Positions 33,933-44,152 of a stretch of DNA of 45,538 nucleotides are shown here, one piece after another. How positions within the stretch are numbered: position 1 is the stretch's first letter; each line of letters starts with the position of its first letter. This DNA comes from a virus (Duplodnaviria; Caudoviricetes): positions 1 to 45,538 of the IMG/VR virus record IMGVR_UViG_3300010052_000178; one strand, 5' to 3'. Both the position numbers and the translations under genes were made by a program. The notes under the pieces were generated by a model. That model had not been told where the DNA came from, did not search any database, and saw only the letters and a list, made by a program, of their open reading frames with translations.

Positions 33933-34480
33933 GCTACGCCTTCGACCAGGCCACTGGTCTTGTTCTGTACGGACCAAGCGGAGAGGTCGTGTGGTCGTCG
34001 AGCAGGCAGCAGGCCTACGCTACGGACTACATCAGCGATAGTTTCACAATCAGCGCGATGCCTGGTGTCAACTCAGTTGGGATCATCGAAACGGTCACAG
34101 AACGCCTGAAACCAGTGTCCCCTATCGCAACCCACATCATGGGATCGTTCACCGCGACGCAGTCTGGAGGTTACACGGTCGGCGGTGTCGCCAACGGCGG
34201 CATCCATCAATTGGGGGGCACGACCCTGCTCATGTCGTCGGTTTACTCGATGTATCCGTCCGGGCGCGGATTCGACGAACGCTATTCGACATGGCGTACC
34301 GGTGACACGAATATGGCGGGGGCGATGCTCCTCACCACCTACGTTGAGAGTGGTTGGTTCAAGGCAACAATCGAGCGCTACAAGCCCACGGCCGGAACCT
34401 CATCAGCATCATGGAGCGGCCTCGGTCTCGGCAACGTGACCATCTCTTACCAAGGCCTCGCCTATACCTTCGACAACTAG
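33929..34480 (+). CDS. Tail protein
   Basis: GLVLYGPSGEVVWSS motif; coupled ORF. Confidence 0.6.
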   Translation: MSYAFDQATGLVLYGPSGEVVWSSSRQQAYATDYISDSFTISAMPGVNSVGIIETVTERLKPVSPIATHIMGSFTATQSGGYTVGGVANGGIHQLGGTTLLMSSVYSMYPSGRGFDERYSTWRTGDTNMAGAMLLTTYVESGWFKATIERYKPTAGTSSASWSGLGLGNVTISYQGLAYTFDN

Positions 34481-34490
34481 GAATCTCTGA

Positions 34491-36812
34491 ATGACCGCAT
34501 GGTATCGCGCGGGCACCGTCACAGCCACAAACGGCTCGACGACGGTGACCGGTGCGCTCACAGCATGGCTCGCTAACGCGAAGGCGGGGGACGTGTGGTG
34601 CCCCGACGCGGATGGGCGCGGCTATGAGATCACCGCAATCAACTCAAACACGTCGATCACCATCTATCCCGCCTACGCGGGGACCACGGGCAGTGGGAAG
34701 GCGTATGGCATCGCCCGCTTCTCGACGAGCTGGAACTCGGTTTCTGAAATCGGCGTCTCGCTCGCGGAAATCCTTGCGGCGCAGACGAACATTCTGGCTG
34801 GTAGCGGCGTCCCCTCTGATTCCCTCGGACAAGACGGGGACGTTTACTTCCGGCAGGATATCGCCGAGTACTATACCAAGGGCGCCGGCACGTGGATCCT
34901 CGTAACCGCTTTGATCGGTCCTCAGGGTCCGGCCGGACCGAGCTATCAGGCGACCAGCACATCGTCTGTTGCGATCGGGACGGGCGCGAAGACGTTCACG
35001 GTGCAGTCCGGCCGCGGCTATTCCGCTGGGCAATGGTTGCGGGTTTCGAACAGCTCCAGCAACTACATGGAAGGAACGGTCACCTCCTACAGCAGCACGA
35101 CGCTGATCATCAACGTGCCGGCGGGCCGCGCGATTGGGTCTGGAACGTTCACGTCCTGGAACGTCAATATTGCTGGCGATGTTGGTCCCGCGAACAGCCT
35201 GGCTATCGGGTCTGTAACGACTGGCGCAGCCGGCTCAAGCGCGAGCGCGACGATTACAGGGACCGCGCCGAGCCAAACGCTCAACCTCGTAATCCCGCGT
35301 GGCAACACGGGCGTTGCTGGAGACACGGGCCCTCAGGGCTCCACCGGAGCCGCCGCCACCATTACGGTCGGAACGGTCGATACCGTCGATCCTGACGATC
35401 CAGCAACCGTCACGAACTCTGGGACGTCGGGTGCAGCGGTTTTCGACTTTGAGATCCCGAAGGGCGACCCCGGCACTCCGATCAACCCCCGCGGCGATTA
35501 CAACGGCGCAACAACCTACGCGCTGAACGATGCGGTGCGGGTGCTCGGTTCCACGTGGGTTTATACCAATGCCACGCCGGGTTCAGGCAATGCCCCGCCG
35601 ACGCTGCCGACGGAATCGAACTCTTACTGGCAGCTCATGGCGCAGGCTGGGTCCAACGGAACCGGCGCGGTCGATCTCGTCAACGGTCAGTCCGGCGTCG
35701 TGGTTCTCGACGGCTCCGACATCGAGGCTAATCACACAGCCACGAACTACACTCCAGCAGGCAGCTCGATCGCCGACCATCTGGCCGCCGTGGACACCGA
35801 GCTTGGAAACGTCTTCGCGCCCGGCTCGGCGCCGGACGACACCATGGCGAGCGCGGCCACGGTCGATATCGGCGCATCGTCCGACCTCTATCTGGCCATC
35901 ACCGGAACCACCACGATCACGTCGTTCGGCACGGTGCCAAACCAATGGCGCGTGCTGACGTTCGCTGGCGCGCTCACGCTGACGCACAATACGACGACGC
36001 TCAAGCTGCCGGGCAACGACCTCATCAGAACCGAGGCCGGTGACGTTGCGGTCTTTGCCTCCGACGCATCCGGCAACTGGACCTGCCACGGCTATACGCG
36101 CCGCCGCCAGACCCCACGGGCAAACCAGCTCTCGGATTTCTCCATCAACCTGCTGGCTGACAACGGCCGTTTCGCTGGCAATTCCGCCAGCGCGCAAACC
36201 ATCAGCACGTTCTCGTTTCCCTCGTACGTCACGCTCTACAATGGCGCGGCGTCGGCGAGCTACGGGAAGTTTCTGGACAATAACAACGACTACGGCGGTT
36301 CGGCCGGTGCTCTGGCCACGGAGGTGAAGGCCCTCATCGACAAAGTGAAGGATTCCAGCTACCGCAGATACGGTGTGGAGTTCTTCATTGCTCAGATCAC
36401 TGCAGGGTCAGGAACGGCCGGAACGCCTATTGTGGTAGGCGGCACCACCTTCTATTTGAGCAGCTTCCTCACCTTCGGTCCGCGCCCGCCTCGGATGACA
36501 TTCCGGGCGCATATTCGCGCGCTCGACGCCGCGATTGCCTATCGCGTGCAGACGAGCCAGACAGCCTACAAAAACGGTGTCCGCCAATCTGGAGATTTCC
36601 GCATCGAGGTCGCGGACGGATGGGTGCACGTCCTGATCTTCGACGAGCAAACGCCTCGGACCTCATTCGACTATAACCCGACGCCTTGGACGATCCATTG
36701 CTCGGCGAGCGGGCACAAATACCTCATCGCATGCCCCGCGCTGATGGGTGGCATCACGACCATTGACGAGAACGCGACCGTCGTCCCGAGCGTCAATCGC
36801 TGGCTGGTCTAG
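34491..36812 (+). CDS. Tail fibre protein with short collagen-like segments
   Basis: WYRAGTVTATNGSTTVTG N-terminus, GPQGPAGP, IPRGNTG, FDFEIPKGD; mosaic of modules. Confidence 0.85.
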   Translation: MTAWYRAGTVTATNGSTTVTGALTAWLANAKAGDVWCPDADGRGYEITAINSNTSITIYPAYAGTTGSGKAYGIARFSTSWNSVSEIGVSLAEILAAQTNILAGSGVPSDSLGQDGDVYFRQDIAEYYTKGAGTWILVTALIGPQGPAGPSYQATSTSSVAIGTGAKTFTVQSGRGYSAGQWLRVSNSSSNYMEGTVTSYSSTTLIINVPAGRAIGSGTFTSWNVNIAGDVGPANSLAIGSVTTGAAGSSASATITGTAPSQTLNLVIPRGNTGVAGDTGPQGSTGAAATITVGTVDTVDPDDPATVTNSGTSGAAVFDFEIPKGDPGTPINPRGDYNGATTYALNDAVRVLGSTWVYTNATPGSGNAPPTLPTESNSYWQLMAQAGSNGTGAVDLVNGQSGVVVLDGSDIEANHTATNYTPAGSSIADHLAAVDTELGNVFAPGSAPDDTMASAATVDIGASSDLYLAITGTTTITSFGTVPNQWRVLTFAGALTLTHNTTTLKLPGNDLIRTEAGDVAVFASDASGNWTCHGYTRRRQTPRANQLSDFSINLLADNGRFAGNSASAQTISTFSFPSYVTLYNGAASASYGKFLDNNNDYGGSAGALATEVKALIDKVKDSSYRRYGVEFFIAQITAGSGTAGTPIVVGGTTFYLSSFLTFGPRPPRMTFRAHIRALDAAIAYRVQTSQTAYKNGVRQSGDFRIEVADGWVHVLIFDEQTPRTSFDYNPTPWTIHCSASGHKYLIACPALMGGITTIDENATVVPSVNRWLV

Positions 36813-36821
36813 GAGCAAAGC

Positions 36822-37214
36822 ATGTGGGAAGTCGATTTCGGCGGGGCGACCAACATCTACACGGAGGAGGCGTACCGGGGCCTCGTCGCCCTGGGCCTGC
36901 TTGGCAGCACGACGACCCGCCGTCTCGTGACCGGAGATATGATCCGCGCGGAAGCCCAACGGCGCATCATCGCGCTCACGGGCGCCTCTGACCTCCAGTC
37001 CTGCCTCATCAAGCAGCTCAATGCGCAGATGCGGGCAACGGAACTGGTGAACAAGCGGGCGCTCGGCGTTGCGCTCACGACCGACGAGGAAAACGAGGCG
37101 GTGTCTCTGCAGGCCCTTGTTGACGGGATCAAGTCGATCCGTGCGCGCTCGAACCTGCTCGAAGGCGACCCGCCTGCCGACTATACCGACGACAGCCACT
37201 GGGCTGCGGCATGA
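36822..37214 (+). CDS. Tail fibre assembly/chaperone-like protein
   Basis: IRAEAQRRI...IRARSNLLE..PPADY.DD.HW, after the fibre gene. Confidence 0.65.
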   Translation: MWEVDFGGATNIYTEEAYRGLVALGLLGSTTTRRLVTGDMIRAEAQRRIIALTGASDLQSCLIKQLNAQMRATELVNKRALGVALTTDEENEAVSLQALVDGIKSIRARSNLLEGDPPADYTDDSHWAAA

Positions 37215-37618
37215 CCCACCTCGTCCCGGTGCCGGGAGATCTCATCCCGGACAACTGGCATTTCGCAGAGCCGTGGGTGCGGAGCGCGATCGAGCGCGCG
37301 GCACTGCTCGAGACCGTCGAGAGCTACCGGGATCGCTGTCTCGAGGGATCGGCCCAACTCTGGCTCATCCGGGACGACTGCGTGATCGGCGCGGCGATCA
37401 CCGAGGTCTACGACAGCCCGAAGGGGTTGACCTGCGCGGTTCCGGTCGTCGGGGCCGTCAGTCTCGATGACATCGGCCCGGCGTTCGAGGAAATCGAGGC
37501 GTGGGCGCGGGCAGAAGGGTGCGTGCGTTTGGAAGGGTGCGGCCGGCCGGGTTGGCCGCGGGCGCTCAAATCGCGCGGATGGCGCCTGTTGTCCGTCGTG
37601 GTCGAGAAGGAAATCTGA
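37211..37618 (+). CDS. GNAT-like phage protein
   Basis: QLW......GAAITE...IEAWARAEGC..LEG.GRPGW.RAL...GW. Confidence 0.65.
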   Translation: MTHLVPVPGDLIPDNWHFAEPWVRSAIERAALLETVESYRDRCLEGSAQLWLIRDDCVIGAAITEVYDSPKGLTCAVPVVGAVSLDDIGPAFEEIEAWARAEGCVRLEGCGRPGWPRALKSRGWRLLSVVVEKEI

Positions 37619-37620
37619 GC

Positions 37621-38448
37621 ATGGGCAAGAGCAAGCAGACATCGACGCAGACGCAGACGCGCAGTCCGTATTCCCCGGCGACGGGGATGATCGATCAATC
37701 GATCTCCGGCGCGCAGGACTGGCTGAGCAATCCGGCAAGCTCGGCGGCCTACGACTACACACCGTCGGACATGACCACGCAGGGGATCGGCAAGCTCGGT
37801 GCGGCGGCGGGCGCAAACGCGTCATCGGGCTACCTGACCAACGTGCTGAACGGCAGCTACCTCAATGCCGGGAACCCCTATCAGTCCGACCTCGACGCCG
37901 GCATCCGTGCGTCGGTCGCGCCGAGCATCAACGCCACGTTCTCGAATGCGGGCATGGCGGGCAGCACCCTGCATCAGGGGATGCTCATGAAGGGCCTGAC
38001 GCAGGCGCTCGCGGCGCCGCGGTATCAGAACTACCAGGCCGAGCGCGCGAACCAGCAGGCGGCGGCCGGCCTGCTCCCGCAGGTGGACGCGCAGGCCGCT
38101 CAGCAGGCCATCACCGCGGGCCAGATGAAAGAGGGCTACGACAAGGCGCAGTGGGACGAGAACCGCACGGCGGGGATCCGGCCGTATCTGGAGACGCAGG
38201 GTCTTCTCGGCACCTACGGCAACATGGGCGGGACCTCGACGGGGTCGAGCACGACGAGTGCCAAGACGCCGTTGGGAGAGCAGATCCTCGGTGGCGTGAT
38301 GGGGATTGGCGGACTGATGTCTGGCAATCCGCTTGGCATGATCGGCCAGGGAATTGGCGGCCAGAACTGGGGGTACAACGCTCCCGCCGGCACGCTCCCG
38401 TGGCAAAAGAACTACAGCCTTATCAACGCACTAAACTCGGGAAACTAA
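37621..38448 (+). CDS. Putative internal virion / DNA ejection protein
   Basis: MGKSKQTSTQTQT, GSYLNAGNPY, Q/A/G-rich; podovirus ejection-protein position. Confidence 0.7.
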   Translation: MGKSKQTSTQTQTRSPYSPATGMIDQSISGAQDWLSNPASSAAYDYTPSDMTTQGIGKLGAAAGANASSGYLTNVLNGSYLNAGNPYQSDLDAGIRASVAPSINATFSNAGMAGSTLHQGMLMKGLTQALAAPRYQNYQAERANQQAAAGLLPQVDAQAAQQAITAGQMKEGYDKAQWDENRTAGIRPYLETQGLLGTYGNMGGTSTGSSTTSAKTPLGEQILGGVMGIGGLMSGNPLGMIGQGIGGQNWGYNAPAGTLPWQKNYSLINALNSGN

Positions 38449-38457
38449 GGAGGCGTC

Positions 38458-39576
38458 ATGGCGGGGCTGCTGGGAAATTTCTCTGAGCCTAAGGGGGGCC
38501 TTCTCGGGGGTGATTGGTCCAGCTTTGGGCAGGGGCTTCAGAATGCGTTCATGAATCCGATGACGCTAGGCGGCCTGGCCCTGCTCTCGGGTGAGGGCAT
38601 GGGAGGCGCGCTGCGCGGGATGCAGGTGGGTGGATCGTTCCAGGACCAGCGCCGCCAGCTCGCAGAGCAGGAGCAGAAGAAGCAGCAGTTCGCTGGATTG
38701 CTGGCGGACCCGTCCGTCACAAGCGCCATCCCGGCCCCGATGCTCCGGATTGCGGAGATGGCGGGCCCGAGCGCGGGTGCCGAGCATCTCGCGAAGTTCC
38801 TTGATCCAGCGCGGGATGCTGATCTCGCCTACAAGAAGGCGCTCACTCAGAAGGCGCAGCGGGAGGCAACCGATGCCGGCGCAACGTTCGGCAAGTCCGG
38901 CAACATTTTTCAGGATCCTAAAACGGGGCAGTTCTACAGCGTCCAGTTCGGATCGAACGGGCAGAAGCTCGTGGAACCGATCGGAAGCGGACTCACGCCA
39001 TCCCGTGGCGTCGGGGAAGTCGATACCGGAACAGGGACGGAGATCATCGACAAGGCGACTGGACTCCCCGTTCGGACCGTCAAAAAGGACGTGTTCGGAG
39101 CCGCGAGCGAGAAGGCACAAGGCGAGGCACAAGGCAATGCGGTTGTGGCCTTGCCTACGATTGAAGCGACCGCAGATCGCGCCCTGAAGACTATCGGGCA
39201 GATCAGAAGCCATCCTGGCAAGCAATATGGCGTTGGGGCAGCCGGCGTTATGCCTGGCGTCCCGGGTACGTGGCAGAAAGGATTTGTAACGCTCGTTGAT
39301 CAGGCAAAAGGCCAGACGTTCCTTGAGGCCTTCAACAGCCTGCGGGGTGGTGGCGCCATCACAGAAGCGGAAGGCCGGAAGGCCACAGAAGCGTTCGCTC
39401 GCCTTGACCGTGCACAGCGGGCGGAAGATTTCGACGCCGCACTTTCTGATCTTGAAGCTGTCATCAAAGAGGGCGTGCGCGTCGCCCGGTCGAAAGCTAC
39501 AGCGCGCGGTAGGGCTCCCGAAACACAGGCCCCCCCGACAGGCGGTGGTTGGTCCATAGAGAGGATGGCTGACTGA
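38458..39576 (+). CDS. Putative internal virion / DNA ejection protein
   Basis: AAGGAGG RBS; FLEAFNSLRGGGAITEAEG.KA..A..RL. Confidence 0.7.
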   Translation: MAGLLGNFSEPKGGLLGGDWSSFGQGLQNAFMNPMTLGGLALLSGEGMGGALRGMQVGGSFQDQRRQLAEQEQKKQQFAGLLADPSVTSAIPAPMLRIAEMAGPSAGAEHLAKFLDPARDADLAYKKALTQKAQREATDAGATFGKSGNIFQDPKTGQFYSVQFGSNGQKLVEPIGSGLTPSRGVGEVDTGTGTEIIDKATGLPVRTVKKDVFGAASEKAQGEAQGNAVVALPTIEATADRALKTIGQIRSHPGKQYGVGAAGVMPGVPGTWQKGFVTLVDQAKGQTFLEAFNSLRGGGAITEAEGRKATEAFARLDRAQRAEDFDAALSDLEAVIKEGVRVARSKATARGRAPETQAPPTGGGWSIERMAD

Positions 39577-41291
39577 TGCCGACATTTCGCATCACGGGCC
39601 CGGACGGCGCCACCTACAAGGTGACGGCGCCTGACGGCGCATCCGAGCAGGACATCCTTTCCTACGTCCAATCTCAGGCCAGTTCCGCGTCAGTTCCAAG
39701 CGCGAAACAGCCAGAAATGACCGCGGGAGAGGTTGCTGGAGATGTGGCGAAGTCTGCTGGCATTGGTGTTGTCCAGGGCGGTATCGGCTTGGCAACGATG
39801 CCCGGCAACCTTGAGGCGCTTGGCCGTGCTGGAATTAATGCTGCTGCTGGCATGGCAGGGGCTAAACCTCCTCTCTCCTCCGAAACCTTCCTCCCCACCT
39901 ATTCCGACTGGAAGCGGTCAGTGGAAGATCGAACGGGTGAGTTCTACAAGCCGAAAACCACGCTCGGCGAATACGCCCGCACAATCGGCGAGTTCGCCCC
40001 GCTCGCGGTAGGCGGAGGCGGGAGTGTGGTCGCCCGCATGGCTCGTGTCGGCCTCCCAGCCGTGACCAGCGAGACGGCGGGGCAGATCACGGAAGGAACC
40101 TCGCTCGAACCTTGGGCGCGCGCTGCCGGCGCGATCGGTGGCGGAATGCTTCCGAACACGGCCGCGCGTGTCGTCACGCCCGCGCCGGCCCAACAGGCCC
40201 GCCAGGGCGCTGTCCAAACGCTTGAGCGCGAAGGCGTCGATGCCATTACGGCCGGGCAGAGGACGGGAAGCCAGCGCCTGCGCCAAGTCGAAGATGCGAC
40301 GTCTCTGTTCCCGGGCGGCGGTGGCCGCGCCCTGGCTATGCAGGAGCAAGCAGCCGAGCAATTCACGCGTGCGGCGCTGCGCAGAGCTGGTGTCAATGCA
40401 AACCGTGCGGATGGTCCGACGATCAACCAGGCATTCGTAGATCTCGGGAATCTGTTCAACCAGTTGGCCGCCAGAAACGACATGGTGCAGTCCAGGGGCC
40501 TCGTCAATGGACTGAACAGAATTCTCGCGGACTACAATAACGTTACCGCAGGACCATTCCGTACGCCTCTCGTTGAGAACGCTATTCGCGAATTCGTCGG
40601 AGGATCCATGGCGCGCGGTGCCTACATCCCGGGCCGCGTGTACCAGAACACGCGCTCAGCCCTAAGCCGGCAACTTCCGGCCTTACAACGCAGCGATCCA
40701 AACGCCGCAATTGCCGTGCGCGAGATCATGAATCACCTCGATCGCATGATGGAGGCCAGCATCCGGCGCAATAATCCGGCTGATCTGGGCGCTTTCCGGC
40801 AGGTGCGCGGTCAATACCGCAATCTTCTCGCGATCGAGGATGCTGTGTCCTCTGCCGGCGAGGCGGCCGCCTCCGGCCTAATCACGCCGGCAGCACTTAG
40901 AACTGCTGTCATGAAGCAAGGCAAACGGGCCTATGTGCGCGGACAGGGGGATTTAGGTCCACTGGCGCGCTCCGGCGTTGAAGTCCTTACGCCGCTGAAA
41001 AGCTCTGGAACGGCGGAGCGAAACTTCGCTCAGGAACTCGTCAGTGCACCGTCTACTATCGGCGTCGGTGCCGCCGGTCTCCTGAGTGCCGGCGATCCGT
41101 GGCTAATGTTGGCAGGCGCTGTCGCGCCACCGTTGATCAAGGCAGCGACCGCTCGCGGTCTCATGTCCGGCCGCATGCAGCGCTATCTGGCTAACCAGCG
41201 CATACCCAATAACGTTGAACCTATCCCGCTCCTGCAAGTGGCTCCGTTCGCCGCCGCGCAGTTCGAGGGCGGCCTTCTCGGGGGGAACTGA
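39576..41291 (+). CDS. Putative large DNA ejection protein
   Basis: MPTFRITGPDGATYKVTAPDGA N-terminus, TAGQRTGS, SSGTAER. Confidence 0.7.
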   Translation: MPTFRITGPDGATYKVTAPDGASEQDILSYVQSQASSASVPSAKQPEMTAGEVAGDVAKSAGIGVVQGGIGLATMPGNLEALGRAGINAAAGMAGAKPPLSSETFLPTYSDWKRSVEDRTGEFYKPKTTLGEYARTIGEFAPLAVGGGGSVVARMARVGLPAVTSETAGQITEGTSLEPWARAAGAIGGGMLPNTAARVVTPAPAQQARQGAVQTLEREGVDAITAGQRTGSQRLRQVEDATSLFPGGGGRALAMQEQAAEQFTRAALRRAGVNANRADGPTINQAFVDLGNLFNQLAARNDMVQSRGLVNGLNRILADYNNVTAGPFRTPLVENAIREFVGGSMARGAYIPGRVYQNTRSALSRQLPALQRSDPNAAIAVREIMNHLDRMMEASIRRNNPADLGAFRQVRGQYRNLLAIEDAVSSAGEAAASGLITPAALRTAVMKQGKRAYVRGQGDLGPLARSGVEVLTPLKSSGTAERNFAQELVSAPSTIGVGAAGLLSAGDPWLMLAGAVAPPLIKAATARGLMSGRMQRYLANQRIPNNVEPIPLLQVAPFAAAQFEGGLLGGN

Positions 41292-41845
41292 TGGCTGAAA
41301 TCGCCGATCTCAATGTCAACGACGCCAACAATGTTGCGCGGTTTCCCGAGGGGCAAAACATCCCCACCATCAACAATGGTGCGCGGGCCCTCGAAGGGAT
41401 CATTGCTCGAGCAGACCGGGACCGGTCGGGCGTCACGCTCACCACCGGATCCGGAACAGCCTATGCCGTCCTGACCAATGCCGCCTATCCCGTCCACGCG
41501 GCCGGAATGTGGTTCATGATCCGGGCCCATGTTGCCAACACGGGCCCGGCAACGCTCACGGTCAACGCGCTCGCGGCGAAGCCGCTCCGCCGTCAGGGCG
41601 GAGACGCGCTGGTCGAGAACGACATCGCCGTCAACCAGATGCTGATCGTCATCTATAATGCGGCGGGCGACTATTACGAATGCATCGGGATTGGAGAGAG
41701 CGTCGCGATTACAGGGTGGGGCGCGCCGACCGGAACGGCAACCCGGACGACGTTCGCAACAGGCAGTGTGACCCTCCCGCAGTTGGCCGAGCGGGTGAAA
41801 GCCTTGATCGACGATCTCACCACGAAGGGGGTAATCGGAGCATGA
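41291..41845 (+). CDS. Virion protein (tail-fibre-like domain)
   Basis: NTGPATLTVNAL.AKPL and LAERVKALIDDL..KG.I. Confidence 0.65.
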   Translation: MAEIADLNVNDANNVARFPEGQNIPTINNGARALEGIIARADRDRSGVTLTTGSGTAYAVLTNAAYPVHAAGMWFMIRAHVANTGPATLTVNALAAKPLRRQGGDALVENDIAVNQMLIVIYNAAGDYYECIGIGESVAITGWGAPTGTATRTTFATGSVTLPQLAERVKALIDDLTTKGVIGA

Positions 41846-42138
41846 CCCGCCTCGATCGATTGGAGCTTGTGGTGCGCAGCCTCGCGGACCGCGTGCTCGG
41901 GGAAGAGTACACCTTCGATGCGATCGCGGAGCAGGAGGCGGCCGAGCAGGGAGTGGCGTTCACGCCGCCCGCGACCGCCGTCCCGGCCTTCGACCCCGCT
42001 CCGATCCTCGCCGAGCTAGCCGCGCTGCAGGACCGCGTCACATCCCTCGGCAAGTTGGTCATGGCGCACGAGCGCGACCTGCAAGCCATACTGCAAACCG
42101 AGGTTATGGTGGAGGACAAACGTGCAGTCGCTGTTTGA
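41842..42138 (+). CDS. Hypothetical coiled-coil protein
   Basis: ATGA-coupled, MTRLDRLELVVR... Confidence 0.6.
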   Translation: MTRLDRLELVVRSLADRVLGEEYTFDAIAEQEAAEQGVAFTPPATAVPAFDPAPILAELAALQDRVTSLGKLVMAHERDLQAILQTEVMVEDKRAVAV

Positions 42139-43231
42139 TCTGCATCGCCGGGGCGAACCGATGGGCGGCCTTCTCGGGGGCTACACACCGTCGAACGAGA
42201 TCGTCGACCGCGCGACCATGCTCCCCATCGGACAGTATGAAGATGGAAGCCTGACGTTCGCTTGGCCTGGGTTTCTGAAGGATGCCTACGAAGGCGCGGT
42301 CCGCAGCTACGAGCAGGGGAGGCAACTCCCGAGAGCAGATGACAGCGGACACTACGCAGGAACACCGAGAGCGGAACCGCTGGACGCGTTCAACGCTGCG
42401 TCGATAGCGCCAATGGCAGGCGTTGGGATGAGAGCGGCGGGGATGGCGGATGACGTCGTGAGGGCAAGTCCACAACGCCAGCAATCTTTTCAAATTCCAC
42501 CGGAAGCGGATATAGCAGCGCAAAGCTCTGCGTGGCCGCCAGGGTGGGGAAGAATAGCCGACGATTTGGAGCAACCGGATCGGTTTGCGGATTTTCGCGA
42601 CAAAATCGGTTCGCTCACACCTGACTTGGAGCCGTATTGGGCAAATTCGATAAACCCAGAACAATATGCCGTCGATACGCCGTTCCTGTTTGTGGAACGA
42701 CCGCGCGTTGTTCAGCAGCGCGCGCCATACGAAGCGGACATCGACCTTCGCAACCTGAAAACACAACAGCCGGGTGTCTGGGGCCACAAGGTTAAGTCCA
42801 TGGTGGAAACCGGAGTGCAGCCGCGAACTCCCACCGGAACGCGATTTGATGGAGGGCCGCTCCCGTTGGTTCGCATGACGGAGAACGGAGACTATGTTCT
42901 TGTCGACGGAAACCATCGGATGTCCGCTGAGGTAGTAAAGGGCAACGATATCGCGAGGGCGCTTGTCTACGCCAACCCGTCCGAGTCCTCTCTCCCTTCT
43001 CTCATGACGAACGGGATGGAGGAGTACCAACTCGCCAACGCAGATCCGGCGTACGACGCCAATGCGCTCGTCGCGGAGCGTTGGCGGGACAAACCCCGCA
43101 TTCAGGGCGAGCCGTCATCGTATGGATTTGGTTATATAGAGCCGCCCGCTGTGTTCCAACAGGAGCGGATCGATCCGCCGTCTATGTGGTTCAATCCGCA
43201 GCCACTTCCGCCGCCACCGCTGTTCCGATGA
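42122..43231 (+). CDS. Putative injected effector with ParB/Srx-like domain
   Basis: GGAGG RBS, GGLLGG motif, IDLRNLKTQQP...PLPLVR....DYVLVDGNHRM. Confidence 0.65.
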   Translation: MQSLFDLHRRGEPMGGLLGGYTPSNEIVDRATMLPIGQYEDGSLTFAWPGFLKDAYEGAVRSYEQGRQLPRADDSGHYAGTPRAEPLDAFNAASIAPMAGVGMRAAGMADDVVRASPQRQQSFQIPPEADIAAQSSAWPPGWGRIADDLEQPDRFADFRDKIGSLTPDLEPYWANSINPEQYAVDTPFLFVERPRVVQQRAPYEADIDLRNLKTQQPGVWGHKVKSMVETGVQPRTPTGTRFDGGPLPLVRMTENGDYVLVDGNHRMSAEVVKGNDIARALVYANPSESSLPSLMTNGMEEYQLANADPAYDANALVAERWRDKPRIQGEPSSYGFGYIEPPAVFQQERIDPPSMWFNPQPLPPPPLFR

Positions 43232-43423
43232 CTATTTGCTGACCGCATACCAGCGCATGCACTCGTAGCTCTTGATCGAGCCAGGAACTGACATGCGTGC
43301 GAGTTTTTCCTTGAAATCCGTGACGTACGCCTCGCAGGCCGCGACGTCCGGGAACTGGCGCGGGTGTTCCTCGCGATCCTTCCCGTTGATTTGCAGAACC
43401 ATGAAAAGCGTTGCTGCGTCCAT
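43232..43423 (-). CDS. 63-aa protein convergent with the ParB-like gene
   Basis: MDAATLFMVLQINGK...FPDVAACEAY...SYEC with GGGGAA RBS. Its stop abuts the partner's stop. Confidence 0.55.
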   Translation of the reverse strand: MDAATLFMVLQINGKDREEHPRQFPDVAACEAYVTDFKEKLARMSVPGSIKSYECMRWYAVSK

Positions 43424-43483
43424 GAGCGTGTTCCCCGGTGACGCGTTGAGGACTGACGGATAACTTCGGCGAGAGCATGACAC

Positions 43484-44152
43484 ATGACCTTGAATGAGAG
43501 AAGCCTCCGCAACCTCGAAGGGGTGCGCCCCGAGCTCGTCGGGGTCGTCAAGCGCGCGGCGGAGATCAGTCCCGTCCCCTTCGTGGTCACCGAGGGGCTG
43601 CGAACCCTCGCGCGACAAAAGAAGCTCAAAGCCGCCGGTAAGTCGTGGACGCTCGACAGTCGGCATTTGACGGGCCATGCCGTCGATCTCGTGGATGCCG
43701 ATGATTTCAAGTACGACATTCCAGACATGGACCGGATCGCGAAGGCGATGAAGGATGCTGCGGCCGAGCTCGGCGTCGCCATCGTGTGGGGCGGAGACTG
43801 GAAGACCCGAGACACGCCGCATTTCGAGCTCGATCGCAAAGCCTATCCTGCGAGCGGCGTCAGCATCGCGACGAAGGCGAAGGAAGTGGCGACCAACGTG
43901 GCCGCATCGAAGACGGTGCAGATCGGAACCGGCCTTGCTGCCGGCGGCACCGCAGTTTCAACGGATTCCATCCCGAGCCCACCCGATCTCACCGCAGTTT
44001 CAGCGTGGAAGACGTTCGGGCAGACGCTGGCGGAGCTCGGAGCGTGGGCTTCGAGCCATCCTGCTCTGACCTTCGGGCTCGGAGCCTGGCTGGTCGGAAC
44101 GATCTTCTGGAATCAGATCAAGGCCGCCTGGGCCGAATGGAGGGCGTCATGA
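43484..44152 (+). CDS. Endolysin, M15 family peptidase with C-terminal membrane segment
   Basis: SLRNLEGVRPEL...VTEGLRT..RQ...SRHLTGHAVD...WGGDW..RDTPHFEL. Confidence 0.92.
   Translation: MTLNERSLRNLEGVRPELVGVVKRAAEISPVPFVVTEGLRTLARQKKLKAAGKSWTLDSRHLTGHAVDLVDADDFKYDIPDMDRIAKAMKDAAAELGVAIVWGGDWKTRDTPHFELDRKAYPASGVSIATKAKEVATNVAASKTVQIGTGLAAGGTAVSTDSIPSPPDLTAVSAWKTFGQTLAELGAWASSHPALTFGLGAWLVGTIFWNQIKAAWAEWRAS

Noticed and set aside
34491-36812. Diversity-generating retroelement or invertible tail-fibre switch
   Set aside because: No reverse transcriptase, invertase or TR/VR-like repeat pair was seen in the window.
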